Shown: positions 1 to 8,240 of the stretch, in pieces | How the letters are laid out: each line of letters starts with the position of its first letter | Numbering within the stretch: position 1 is the stretch's first letter | Origin: a virus | Taxonomy: Duplodnaviria; Caudoviricetes | Reading direction: 5' to 3' (one strand) | IMG/VR virus record: IMGVR_UViG_3300042936_001056 | Location: 1-53,931 of that record | DNA: 53,931 nucleotides | Notes under the pieces: generated by a model | What the model saw: only the letters and a program-made list of their open reading frames with translations | Databases searched by the model: none | Told to the model about the DNA's origin: nothing | Made by a program: the position numbers and the translations under genes

Positions 1-2
1 GT

Positions 3-494
3 GAAGACTTTAAATCATTTTCTAATATGTATACAGATTATATATTCAGATGTTGTATAGAGTTAATGACTGAAGGGTTACCAGATGGTGGACAATATGT
101 ATCTATTACTTTAACTGATATGATATTGAAATATATCTATGAGAATGTATTTGAAAATAGAATACTTCAAAAGAAGTTTAATATTAATGAATCAGATGAG
201 AGGATGGATCGTTTCGTAGATAAGGTATTACAGTTCTTAATTGATGATACATATCAGATAGGAGAAGATTTAATACGTGTACCATTCTTAGATGAACCAG
301 TATCTATTAGTTATAAGAGTAAAAGAGTACATACCGTAATAGAGATTTTAATGTATGTAGATGAACCACCTAAACCATTTACTCATTACTGTATTGATAC
401 CTATGGATTAGATTCACAAACCATTAATTCATTATGGGTTAAGTATAGAGAATTCCTTATGGAGAACTTCTATAAATTAACAAAAAGATATTAA
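3..494 (+). CDS. 5'-truncated protein carrying one 'domain A' repeat after an INES linker
   Basis: Frame is open from position 3. Contains INES-DERMDRFVDKVLQFLIDDT...YCIDTYGL..LWVKY, matching the repeats of 2302..3906. Confidence 0.7.
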   Translation, partial: EDFKSFSNMYTDYIFRCCIELMTEGLPDGGQYVSITLTDMILKYIYENVFENRILQKKFNINESDERMDRFVDKVLQFLIDDTYQIGEDLIRVPFLDEPVSISYKSKRVHTVIEILMYVDEPPKPFTHYCIDTYGLDSQTINSLWVKYREFLMENFYKLTKRY

Positions 495-498
495 TTTA

Positions 499-530
499 TT
501 TGTGTATGTCGTTTTTTATTACTACCTTTG
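499..530 (+). promoter_or_regulatory. Bacteroidota-type housekeeping promoter (-33/-7)
   Basis: TTTG 499-502, 20-nt spacer, TACCTTTG 523-530. Confidence 0.65.
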
Positions 531-533
531 TAT

Positions 534-702
534 TGTTGGTGGTAATACCGAAACAGGCGTACATATAGATATATAGTATGAAGGGATCAAAGGTCGGTTG
601 GTCTGAAGTTTCCCTTATAAAAAAATATAAGGCAGGTCGGAGTATACCCTCTTAGAGAAGAACCTGTTTCTCTGACCCGTTTCGAGGATACCCTCACCAA
701 CA
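534..702. ncRNA. Candidate structured ncRNA (~170 nt) with paired termini
   Basis: No ORF. Pairings: TGTTGGTG/CACCAACA at the ends, CGAAAC/GTTTCG, AAGGGA/TCCCTT, GGTCGGAG/CTCTGACC. Flanked by convergent promoters. Confidence 0.5.
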
Positions 703-705
703 TAA

Positions 706-737
706 CAAAGGTACGAAAAATTTTCGACACTACCAAA
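706..737 (-). promoter_or_regulatory. Bacteroidota-type promoter pointing into the structured element
   Basis: Minus strand TTTG (734-737), 20-nt spacer, TACCTTTG (706-713). Confidence 0.65.
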
Positions 738-762
738 TATTTATTAATATATTTATAAAAAA

Positions 763-1632
763 ATGAAGGTAACCATTAAAGGGATCATTAAGGAATCGAA
801 TGATAATAGACAAAGATATTATGATAAAGTATCTAAGGTAATACGTCCACCATACTTTGTGGATCTAGAGACATTAAGTGTACCACAGGATGAGTGGAGA
901 GATGTATTTAAGACGTTATATAAACAAAATGTATTAGTGTCTACATTCTATCGTGATAAACAAATAACAGGTGGTATAGTAACAGATAAGGAAACTAATA
1001 TATTATACTATGAAGGTGAGGGTGGTGACTATGTGATCAGAGAATTCGATAAGTTTAATAATGTGACATATCTTTATAAAACTGATGGTAGAGGAAATGA
1101 GTATTGGGAGAAATCCAAATTTAATGATCAGGGTGAATCTATATACTATGAAGATTCTAAAGGTAGAGTATCTGATGTAAGGGATCAAAATGATATCAAT
1201 GAGTCTGTGTATAGTGATAAACTAATAGATAAAATAATAGATACATTGAAACCACCATTTAGGTATGATTTAGAATCATTAGGGATACCAAGAGATGAAT
1301 GGGATGGTATTATATCTAAAGTATTTAATGAGGACTTAGTGATGAAGGATATAGTAGACGCCATATACGTTACAGATATATATGGACAATCTAGATATAT
1401 GGAATCTAAAAACGGTAATTATTTTATTGATGAATACGATGATGATGGTAATGTAATATATAAGGAAAGTAATTATCCTAACTCTGGTACTACATATAAA
1501 GAATGGTTTACATATGGTAATGGAAAACTTATAGACTATAAAGATAGTAATGGTAGAGGGTTGGATCAGTATTTAAGATCCTCTGAATATTATACTAGAA
1601 AAGAGAGTGTAAAAAATAGATATGGGTATTGA
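763..1632 (+). CDS. Putative virion-internal protein with two 'domain B' repeats joined by INES
   Basis: Leader MKVTIKGIIKES. Two copies of DKxxxxxxPP(Y/F)xxDLExLx(V/I)PxDEW...Y(Y/K)EDS(K/N)G-like module. ATATTTAT at 737 and 749. Confidence 0.7.
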   Translation: MKVTIKGIIKESNDNRQRYYDKVSKVIRPPYFVDLETLSVPQDEWRDVFKTLYKQNVLVSTFYRDKQITGGIVTDKETNILYYEGEGGDYVIREFDKFNNVTYLYKTDGRGNEYWEKSKFNDQGESIYYEDSKGRVSDVRDQNDINESVYSDKLIDKIIDTLKPPFRYDLESLGIPRDEWDGIISKVFNEDLVMKDIVDAIYVTDIYGQSRYMESKNGNYFIDEYDDDGNVIYKESNYPNSGTTYKEWFTYGNGKLIDYKDSNGRGLDQYLRSSEYYTRKESVKNRYGY

Positions 1633-1680
1633 CTTTTTAATTTAATATAGTTAATATTGTATCATAGTTGTTTGATATAT

Positions 1681-1893
1681 TAATCTACGGGGTTCATTCC
1701 TTCCTCCCCACCCTATGGAAGGAAAAGGTGATTCTGATGGACAATTGTTTGTCATCACTGGACAACGTAGATTAGATGAAGGGACGTAACGTATTGAACA
1801 AAAAGATATGGTTACACTTCATCACATAAGAAGGGATAATATAATCATCGTAACAGTGTGATCTGTAAAACGAAAAAAATTATCCCTTTTTTT
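1681..1893 (+). ncRNA. Candidate multi-stem ncRNA ending in a stem plus U-tract
   Basis: Stems 1681-89/1766-74, 1697-1704/1717-24, 1775-81/1817-23, 1831-40/1879-88 followed by a T run. TTGACT-17-TAATAT upstream (1629-1657). Confidence 0.5.
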
Positions 1894-1904
1894 ATTCCCT
1901 ATAA

Positions 1905-1936
1905 TTTGACATTGTAATATTTAATCAGTATATTTG
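1905..1936 (+). promoter_or_regulatory. Bacteroidota-type promoter
   Basis: TTTG 1905-08, 20-nt spacer, TATATTTG 1929-36. Confidence 0.65.
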
Positions 1937-1971
1937 TAGTATGAAAAATACCTAAACCATATATATAGTCC

Positions 1972-2270
1972 GTAGGGGGAGAGGGGTACTTTGTGTACAC
2001 TATTGTAAATACCTCTCCCCTAGAGGGGGACCCCCTCAGGTACCCCCTACATCACCCCCCTTCCCTCTGGGGGTGTTTTGACGTAAAGGGGGTAGGTGAT
2101 GTTGTCCATGAATTTTCCAGGAAATTTTAAGGTTTCAGTTATAACCCTTTTCATTTATAAAGGTGTCTTATAACCCTTTTTAGTTATGTTCATTTTATTC
2201 TTTTGTTCAGTGACAATGAACACCCATTTCTGGTGAACTGAGGGTACCCTTCAAAATTTTCCAGGAATTT
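1972..2270. other. G/C-run-rich inverted-repeat cluster with short direct repeats (ncRNA, origin or packaging-site candidate)
   Basis: Inverted: GGGGAGAGG/CCTCTCCCC, GAGGGGG/CCCCCTC, ACATCACC/GGTGATGT. Direct: AATTTTCCAGGAA (2111, 2255) and TTATAACCCTTTT (2139, 2168). Confidence 0.5.
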
Positions 2271-2301
2271 TTTCGTTTCCAAATATTTCAATATTTATAA
2301 T

Positions 2302-3906
2302 ATGTATATGGAAGAAAATAAGAAAAGATTTTTAGATAAGATTATTGAGTGGTTAGTTATTGACACTGTGATTGATTATGAGAATAGGAAATGGTTCCCT
2401 ACTTTCTTACAATATATGGAAGATTATCCTATATCACTACGTCCCTTAGATATTAATAATCTTTCTTTATTCCCGATTGTTCGTTTCTACGATTATTGTA
2501 GGAAGATATATGATTTAAGTGTAGAGGAAATAGAATATTTATGGAGTAAGTATTCAATTATTATTATAGATAAATTTAATAATGAGAAACCTATCAACGA
2601 ATCGGAGGATAGAAGAAAAAAATTCTTAGATAAAGTTGTAGATTTTTTAGTTAAGGACACTAAAGTAGATTATGATAAAAGGACGTTATTTTTTCCTTTT
2701 ACTTATAAGAGATCACTTAGACAAGGTACTAATAATCTCACACCTTTTCATAAACTTCTTTTTGATTCATATATTCCTATAGATGGTTTTATGGAATACA
2801 TTAAAGAATTGTATGATATTACTTCAATAGAGGACATCACTCATGTTTGGGAGACATATAAGGTTATTATGAATAAAATCGTATTTGGTGATAATGCCAC
2901 CCCACTCTACTTTAATGAATCTGAAAAAGGTTCAATCAATGAAGATAGTAGACAAGACTTAATAGATAAAGTAGATGAGAGGGTAAAGAAATACTTAGAT
3001 AAGGTTGTTGATTTCATTATTAAGGAAACTGTAATTGATTATGGAATAGATAAATTTAATCCAGTTATTAAGGATGAGGTACTATGGTATCCACCGTTTA
3101 GTGAAAGATCATATTCTCACCGTCAGTCAATGTATAATACGGGTGCCAATTATGATTTCAATAATTACTGTCAAGAAGTGTTTAGTATATATGATGAGGG
3201 TGAACAACTTTATGTATGGGAGAGGTACAGAAAATTATTGGGGTTTAAAATGAGAAATATGATGATTAATGAATCTGAGGATAGGAAACAAAAATATTTG
3301 GATAAGATTCTTAAGTGGTTTGTTGACGATACTATAATTAGATATGAAACGGGTGTTATAATATATCCTTTTTCTTCCATAGGACCAACGGGTAAACGGT
3401 TACCTAGTTTCTTTGATAATATAATAAATAAACTTTCGATGAATTTCCCATCAGATATTCATATATACTGTAGGGATACTTATGGGTTAAACCCTGATGA
3501 GACAAAATATATTTGGGATAAGTATAAAAAAATTATTAGGGATAGATACGATAAAGAATCGATGATACATCATCGAGGTGAACCCATAAATGAATCTGAT
3601 GATAAGAAACAGGCTTATTTAGATAAGATTGTTGATTGGTTGTTTAAGGATACCGAAGTTGGTAATAGTTGGTTTAACCCACCTTATTATTATCCAGGCA
3701 GTTCCGCAGGTAGGACTGGATTTAAATCGGTTTATGAACACACATTTGGTTTATCGACAAATAATACTTATAGTGGGTTAGATTCTCAGTTAATTTATTT
3801 TGATAGTTACTGTAAGAACAATTATGGACTTACTGGTGAGGAGACTAAAATTGTTTGGTTTGAGTATATGAAGAAATTAAAGGAGTCTTATGATTGGAGA
3901 TTTTAA
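2302..3906 (+). CDS. Polyprotein-like protein with five tandem 'domain A' repeats separated by INE(S/D) linkers
   Basis: Five copies of (F/Y)LDK(I/V)xx(W/F)xxx(D/E)T...YC/YI...W..Y. ATATTTAT at 2291. Start may be 2308. Confidence 0.8.
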   Translation: MYMEENKKRFLDKIIEWLVIDTVIDYENRKWFPTFLQYMEDYPISLRPLDINNLSLFPIVRFYDYCRKIYDLSVEEIEYLWSKYSIIIIDKFNNEKPINESEDRRKKFLDKVVDFLVKDTKVDYDKRTLFFPFTYKRSLRQGTNNLTPFHKLLFDSYIPIDGFMEYIKELYDITSIEDITHVWETYKVIMNKIVFGDNATPLYFNESEKGSINEDSRQDLIDKVDERVKKYLDKVVDFIIKETVIDYGIDKFNPVIKDEVLWYPPFSERSYSHRQSMYNTGANYDFNNYCQEVFSIYDEGEQLYVWERYRKLLGFKMRNMMINESEDRKQKYLDKILKWFVDDTIIRYETGVIIYPFSSIGPTGKRLPSFFDNIINKLSMNFPSDIHIYCRDTYGLNPDETKYIWDKYKKIIRDRYDKESMIHHRGEPINESDDKKQAYLDKIVDWLFKDTEVGNSWFNPPYYYPGSSAGRTGFKSVYEHTFGLSTNNTYSGLDSQLIYFDSYCKNNYGLTGEETKIVWFEYMKKLKESYDWRF

Positions 3907-3910
3907 ACGG

Positions 3911-3950
3911 TTGTACGACCGAACTGTTCCATCACCCCGACCCCTCTAAT
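3911..3950 (+). repeat. 40-bp dispersed repeat, copy 1
   Basis: TTGTACGACCGAACTGTTCCATCACCCCGACCCCTCTAAT; 38/40 identical to 5170-5209. Confidence 0.9.
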
Positions 3951-4030
3951 GTAGAATTTGTGTCCGCGCAAAAATTGTGATGGACTTGGTTAGAGACTTG
4001 TTCTTACGATCCCATTACCTAAAGATGGGC

Positions 4031-4056
4031 AACCCACTTACGGAGTGGGTTTTTTT
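4031..4056 (+). terminator. Intrinsic terminator
   Basis: AACCCACT-tacgg-AGTGGGTT followed by a T run. Confidence 0.8.
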
Positions 4057-4079
4057 ATTTTTTATAATATTTATATTGT

Positions 4080-4565
4080 ATGAAAATAATTGTAACAGAA
4101 AATCAAGTTAATCGTTTATTCATTAATGAGAATGAGGAATTACTAAATAAGATTCTCGATAAGATTAGTGATTACGGTATGGAGTCGTTGACGGACAACG
4201 AAAAAAAGTTCTTAGATGATATGTCTAAGGATAAGGTTGATCCACATATCGAAAATTTACTTAATATGGACTCAGGTTACGAGTTCGAGGGCGAGGTGGA
4301 TGAAGTACCTGTTAAGTTCACTTACGAGTCCACAGAGGAGTGGGATGACAATCCTAAAGAATATAAACACATAGGTATATTTAATTTTATGAATGGTACT
4401 GATGAAATAGATTATTACGCTGAGTTATATACTGACGCAGATTATAACTTTATGCATTTCGATTTACACGATGGTGTAGATTATGTTAGTCTAAATGAGG
4501 ATCTTGAGGATGAGTTAACTCATTTCTTTTTGGATGTGAGTAATAAGTTGGCACAGTCGATGTAA
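4080..4565 (+). CDS. Leader-bearing hypothetical protein with a DUF6576-like helical motif
   Basis: MKIIVTENQVNRLFINE leader. LNKILDKISDYGMESLTDNEKKFL resembles the DUF6576 motif. Confidence 0.6.
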   Translation: MKIIVTENQVNRLFINENEELLNKILDKISDYGMESLTDNEKKFLDDMSKDKVDPHIENLLNMDSGYEFEGEVDEVPVKFTYESTEEWDDNPKEYKHIGIFNFMNGTDEIDYYAELYTDADYNFMHFDLHDGVDYVSLNEDLEDELTHFFLDVSNKLAQSM

Positions 4566-5165
4566 ATGGATAAAGGTAGACACATATTTTTAGAAAAGGT
4601 AGTTAACCGTTTGGTTAAAGATAGTATAATCACCTATGATAAATATGAGGGGGACACTGTGGTAATCACACCTTTTCCTGTTATGGATGGTTATCTTACA
4701 AAACGTTGGTTTGGTACTAATGCGGTAGGTAGTAGGATGCCATCTTTTAAAACTTATATAGAATATACATACGGTGTTACAGATACCGAAGAAATTAATT
4801 ACATATACAGTTATTACGAAAGTATAATTTCAGATAAATTAGATAACGATATGATTACTGAAAATATCTATCACGATATTTTTGGTGAAAAGGTTTCTAA
4901 CTATATGGAAAAAGTTCTTAAGTATTTGGTGAGTGACACTTATATTAAAGAAATGTCGGATGGTGGGACTATGATAGAGGTACCATTTTCAGATTTCCAG
5001 TATAGTAGAATTAGACATTTTAATGTAGGATTTTTTATTGATTATTGTAAGGACACTTATGGTTTAACTCGAAAGGAATCTGAATACTTATGGGGTGATT
5101 ATTTAAATGAGATGGATTATATCCTTAAATACGAATTTGGGATTAAGGATCCTGTTTATCATTAA
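4566..5165 (+). CDS. Protein with two 'domain A' repeats joined by an ITE linker
   Basis: FLEKVVNRLVKDS...YIEYTYGV and MEKVLKYLVSDT...YCKDTYGLTRKESEYLWGDY. Confidence 0.75.
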   Translation: MDKGRHIFLEKVVNRLVKDSIITYDKYEGDTVVITPFPVMDGYLTKRWFGTNAVGSRMPSFKTYIEYTYGVTDTEEINYIYSYYESIISDKLDNDMITENIYHDIFGEKVSNYMEKVLKYLVSDTYIKEMSDGGTMIEVPFSDFQYSRIRHFNVGFFIDYCKDTYGLTRKESEYLWGDYLNEMDYILKYEFGIKDPVYH

Positions 5166-5169
5166 ACCT

Positions 5170-5209
5170 TTGTACGACCGAACTGTTCCATCACCCCAGC
5201 CCCTCTAAT
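5170..5209 (+). repeat. 40-bp dispersed repeat, copy 2
   Basis: Matches 3911-3950. Both copies begin 4 nt after a TAA stop. Confidence 0.9.
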
Positions 5210-5276
5210 CGGACATTTTTATAAAATCTAATATATTTATCTAATCGGACATTTTTATAAAATCTAATATATTTAT
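5205..5276 (+). repeat. Perfect 36-bp tandem duplication containing the late-promoter motif
   Basis: CTAATCGGACATTTTTATAAAATCTAATATATTTAT at 5205-5240 and 5241-5276. Confidence 0.9.
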
Positions 5277-5292
5277 ATAAAAACTAAAAAAA

Positions 5293-5928
5293 ATGAAAAG
5301 ACATATTAATAATTTAAACGAAACGATTGAAAGAATGAAATCTCTTTTTACAGAAGAGAGAATGTTTGGTAACTTAGTTGTAGAAGAGAAATCTTCCGAA
5401 GAAGATAAGGGAGAAGAAGATGTGGATAGTGAAGAATCTACATCAACAAAACCTGAATGTTGTACAAGTTGTAACTGTTGGGGAGATTGTGGTGGATCAT
5501 CACACTTCAACGGAACCAATGGTAGACCTAAAATTGTTGTAGATAAGAGTGATAGTTATTTTTCGGTATCATACGATGGACCATCTACGGGTTATTTAAT
5601 TAAACACGGTAAATGTGGGTCTGGTGACTCCATACATCAACTATGTAATGTTTTAACATATGAGATAAACAAATACCTTAAAGGTAAAAAATTAAAACCA
5701 AATATCAACGATATAGAATTCGAAAAAGATGGTGGAGAATTCACTATTGGTGTTCCTTTAGAACCTTCTGAAAAAAGTTATAAACTAGAAAGAAGAGGAA
5801 GATGGAACGGTGGTGAGTCAGGGAAACAAGAAGTAATAAGTGCCTATAGTGATAGATCAGGATATGAAGGTCCTGTAAGATATTCTTCTGGTGGTGTAAT
5901 AGAATTCTTTGTAACATTTTACGAATAA
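5293..5928 (+). CDS. Leader-bearing Cys-rich hypothetical protein
   Basis: LNETIERMKSLFTEE leader, acidic linker, CCTSCNCWGDC cluster. Confidence 0.7.
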   Translation: MKRHINNLNETIERMKSLFTEERMFGNLVVEEKSSEEDKGEEDVDSEESTSTKPECCTSCNCWGDCGGSSHFNGTNGRPKIVVDKSDSYFSVSYDGPSTGYLIKHGKCGSGDSIHQLCNVLTYEINKYLKGKKLKPNINDIEFEKDGGEFTIGVPLEPSEKSYKLERRGRWNGGESGKQEVISAYSDRSGYEGPVRYSSGGVIEFFVTFYE

Positions 5929-5933
5929 AATAA

Positions 5934-5965
5934 TTTGACGTTGTAACAAAATTTTTGTATATTTG
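5934..5965 (+). promoter_or_regulatory. Bacteroidota-type promoter (near-leaderless transcript)
   Basis: TTTG 5934-37, 20-nt spacer, TATATTTG 5958-65; ATG at 5970. Confidence 0.65.
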
Positions 5966-5969
5966 TTAC

Positions 5970-6590
5970 ATGGTTAATCAAAGATTTATTGAAAAGATTT
6001 ATAAATTCCATAATTTTGGGATTGAGGTTGATTGTATCCCTACAAATTATTATAGTGATGATGGGGAAATATATGTAATTTTTTTTGATGGTATAGATAT
6101 ACATCACTACGGTGGTGAATACTACGAATCAATTATGAATCTAATAACGTTAAGTGAATGTGTGTATAAACACACCATAGATGACGATAGAAGTAAAACC
6201 TACCCATACCCACATAAAAGTAATAAGATAAAATTTTCTGGTTATCTAAGAGAAGTCATCTGTAGAGTTTACGGACATTTTGTAGAAGAAATGAATGTGA
6301 GTAAAGATGAGTTTAGTTATGTGTGGGATTTATTCGTAACAGATATAAATAAAGTAATAAAAGAAAAATCAATTAAATTAATTTTTGAGGATAGGTCTTG
6401 TAAACCTTTAGACATTAATCTTTTATTATTTCCAAAATATAATAAAATATGGGATAGACTTACGAATGATATTATAAGCCCTAAAAAATATGATGGTAGA
6501 AAAGTTAGTATTACATCTACCGTTAGGAGTAAAGATTATACTTTGTTTAATCAACATCACGATATAAAGTTCATTGAATTAACCTTTTAA
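5970..6590 (+). CDS. Hypothetical protein (host-type promoter)
   Basis: ORF-track ORF 5955..6590 with start moved to the ATG downstream of the promoter. Confidence 0.65.
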   Translation: MVNQRFIEKIYKFHNFGIEVDCIPTNYYSDDGEIYVIFFDGIDIHHYGGEYYESIMNLITLSECVYKHTIDDDRSKTYPYPHKSNKIKFSGYLREVICRVYGHFVEEMNVSKDEFSYVWDLFVTDINKVIKEKSIKLIFEDRSCKPLDINLLLFPKYNKIWDRLTNDIISPKKYDGRKVSITSTVRSKDYTLFNQHHDIKFIELTF

Positions 6591-6605
6591 TTACTGAATC
6601 TTTCT

Positions 6606-6627
6606 AACCCCTTCTAAGGGGTTTTTT
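6606..6627 (+). terminator. Intrinsic terminator
   Basis: AACCCCTT-ct-AAGGGGTT followed by a T run. Confidence 0.75.
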
Positions 6628-6667
6628 ATTGCCTTCGTTATATTTATTATTATAAATTACACTAACG

Positions 6668-7192
6668 GTGAACGACTACATAAAAAAAATACTGAGTAAA
6701 TTATCTAACCCATCTTGGTCATTAGAAAAAAGAAGTGATTTTGTAGATGTTTATGGTTTATCTGAAGATGAATACTTAAATGGTATTGTTGATTTTGAGG
6801 TTAATCAGTTAAATAAATTACAGAATGAATTTTTTAGTACGTTAACATACAAATATTCAGGATCATACGATTTTGTTTTTAAAGTTACTAATATCCAATT
6901 TATTCAATACACCAAAGTATCTGTTTCATTAGAAAATAGTTTATTTGGTGAGGTAATTAGATTATATGTTGAAATTGGTTACGGTGGTACTGTGGGAATA
7001 ACGGATAATCTTGGACCAGTAACCGTATATATAACCGATGAACTAATTAGTGATAGTGATATCGGTTGGGAAATAGATAATGAGGTAAAAGAAATCATTT
7101 TAGAAATGATAATGGAAAAAGGATCTGATTTATTTAAAAACATAAAAACAAACGATATTATCGAACTATATATAGAATACCCTAAAAAATAA
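6668..7192 (+). CDS. Hypothetical protein
   Basis: 174-aa ORF, GTG start, ATATTTAT at 6640. Confidence 0.65.
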   Translation: MNDYIKKILSKLSNPSWSLEKRSDFVDVYGLSEDEYLNGIVDFEVNQLNKLQNEFFSTLTYKYSGSYDFVFKVTNIQFIQYTKVSVSLENSLFGEVIRLYVEIGYGGTVGITDNLGPVTVYITDELISDSDIGWEIDNEVKEIILEMIMEKGSDLFKNIKTNDIIELYIEYPKK

Positions 7193-7213
7193 TAATAAAA
7201 TAAAAAAAACACA

Positions 7214-7549
7214 ATGGATAAATTGACAAATAAAGACATTAAAAGAATTGTAGAGAACTTCATCAATGAAGGTATGAGTAATGATGAGGCTGCCCATCTA
7301 TATAGAAGAATACAAAGAAATGGGGAAGATATAGACTCAATTATAATGAAGTTTAGAGGTGCAAAAAATGAGTTAGACGATAAAATTAAAACACATATTA
7401 AAAGAGAAACTGGTGGTGCTATTTTTGATCCAAATCAAAGAACACCAAACGATGTATTAGATAGTGCGGCAACACTTAATAGAGTTTTAAATAATTTAGA
7501 AAGTTTAATTAGTGAATATAAAACTATTATTAGAAGAAGTATAAACTAA
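7214..7549 (+). CDS. Leader-bearing helical hypothetical protein
   Basis: MDKLTNKDIKRIVENFINE leader. Confidence 0.7.
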   Translation: MDKLTNKDIKRIVENFINEGMSNDEAAHLYRRIQRNGEDIDSIIMKFRGAKNELDDKIKTHIKRETGGAIFDPNQRTPNDVLDSAATLNRVLNNLESLISEYKTIIRRSIN

Positions 7550-7550
7550 A

Positions 7551-8240
7551 ATGGACAAATCATTAATTGATAAAATATCTAAGGTAATAAAAAAACCGTA
7601 TGTCTCTGATTTATTGAGTTTGGCGGTACCTCAGGAATATTGGGGTACTATATTTAAAAAAATATATGGTGACATTACCACTACAGAAATTGAAACTGAC
7701 TACGCAGATGGGATAGTTAAACCAAACCAATACTTTTTCTTTACAATTAGAAAAGTTTTCCCTAATGTCGGAAGTGTAATGGTATATTATGAAGGATGGG
7801 ATGGTGACTGGGTTGAAATGATACTTGATGATAGGGGACATAAAATAGGGTACGAAGACGCAAATGGTTTTGTAGATACAACAGAAAAAACAGATATAAG
7901 TGAAAGTCACAATAAAAATGTAGACGTATATTTAAACAAAGTAGTTGATTTCTTATTAAGAGATACTAAATGTAGAGTACATCACACTACATATGGATTT
8001 AGCCCAAATTATAAGGAAGTAAAGGTTGAGGTAAAATTCCCACTATATAGTGATATAGCCAATTACGAAAGACATGAGGTTGAGAATTGGACTGAGGCAG
8101 TAATTAGTGACTTTGAGTCTAAATTTTTTTCGGATAACTATGGTTTAGACAGAAATGAATCACAGATAGTTTTTGAAAAGTTTATATTAAAACTAAGGGA
8201 TAAAATTTTAAATGAAATGGAATTAAAGTATGGACAGTAA
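7551..8240 (+). CDS. Domain B + domain A fusion joined by ISES
   Basis: N-half LIDKISKVIKKPYVSDLLSLAVPQEYW...YEDANG. C-half YLNKVVDFLLRDT...DNYGLDRNESQIVF. Confidence 0.75.
   Translation: MDKSLIDKISKVIKKPYVSDLLSLAVPQEYWGTIFKKIYGDITTTEIETDYADGIVKPNQYFFFTIRKVFPNVGSVMVYYEGWDGDWVEMILDDRGHKIGYEDANGFVDTTEKTDISESHNKNVDVYLNKVVDFLLRDTKCRVHHTTYGFSPNYKEVKVEVKFPLYSDIANYERHEVENWTEAVISDFESKFFSDNYGLDRNESQIVFEKFILKLRDKILNEMELKYGQ

Noticed and set aside
534-702. Hammerhead ribozyme (CGAAAC and CTGAAG present)
   Set aside because: The core CUGANGA is not matched (CTGAAGT) and the stems do not fit hammerhead topology.
1633-2300. tRNA genes in the long non-coding region
   Set aside because: No cloverleaf with T-loop GTTCRA and D-loop consensus was seen.
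3911-5209. 40-bp repeat as a CRISPR repeat
   Set aside because: Only two copies, about 1.2 kb apart with genes between them; no spacer-sized intervals and no cas genes.
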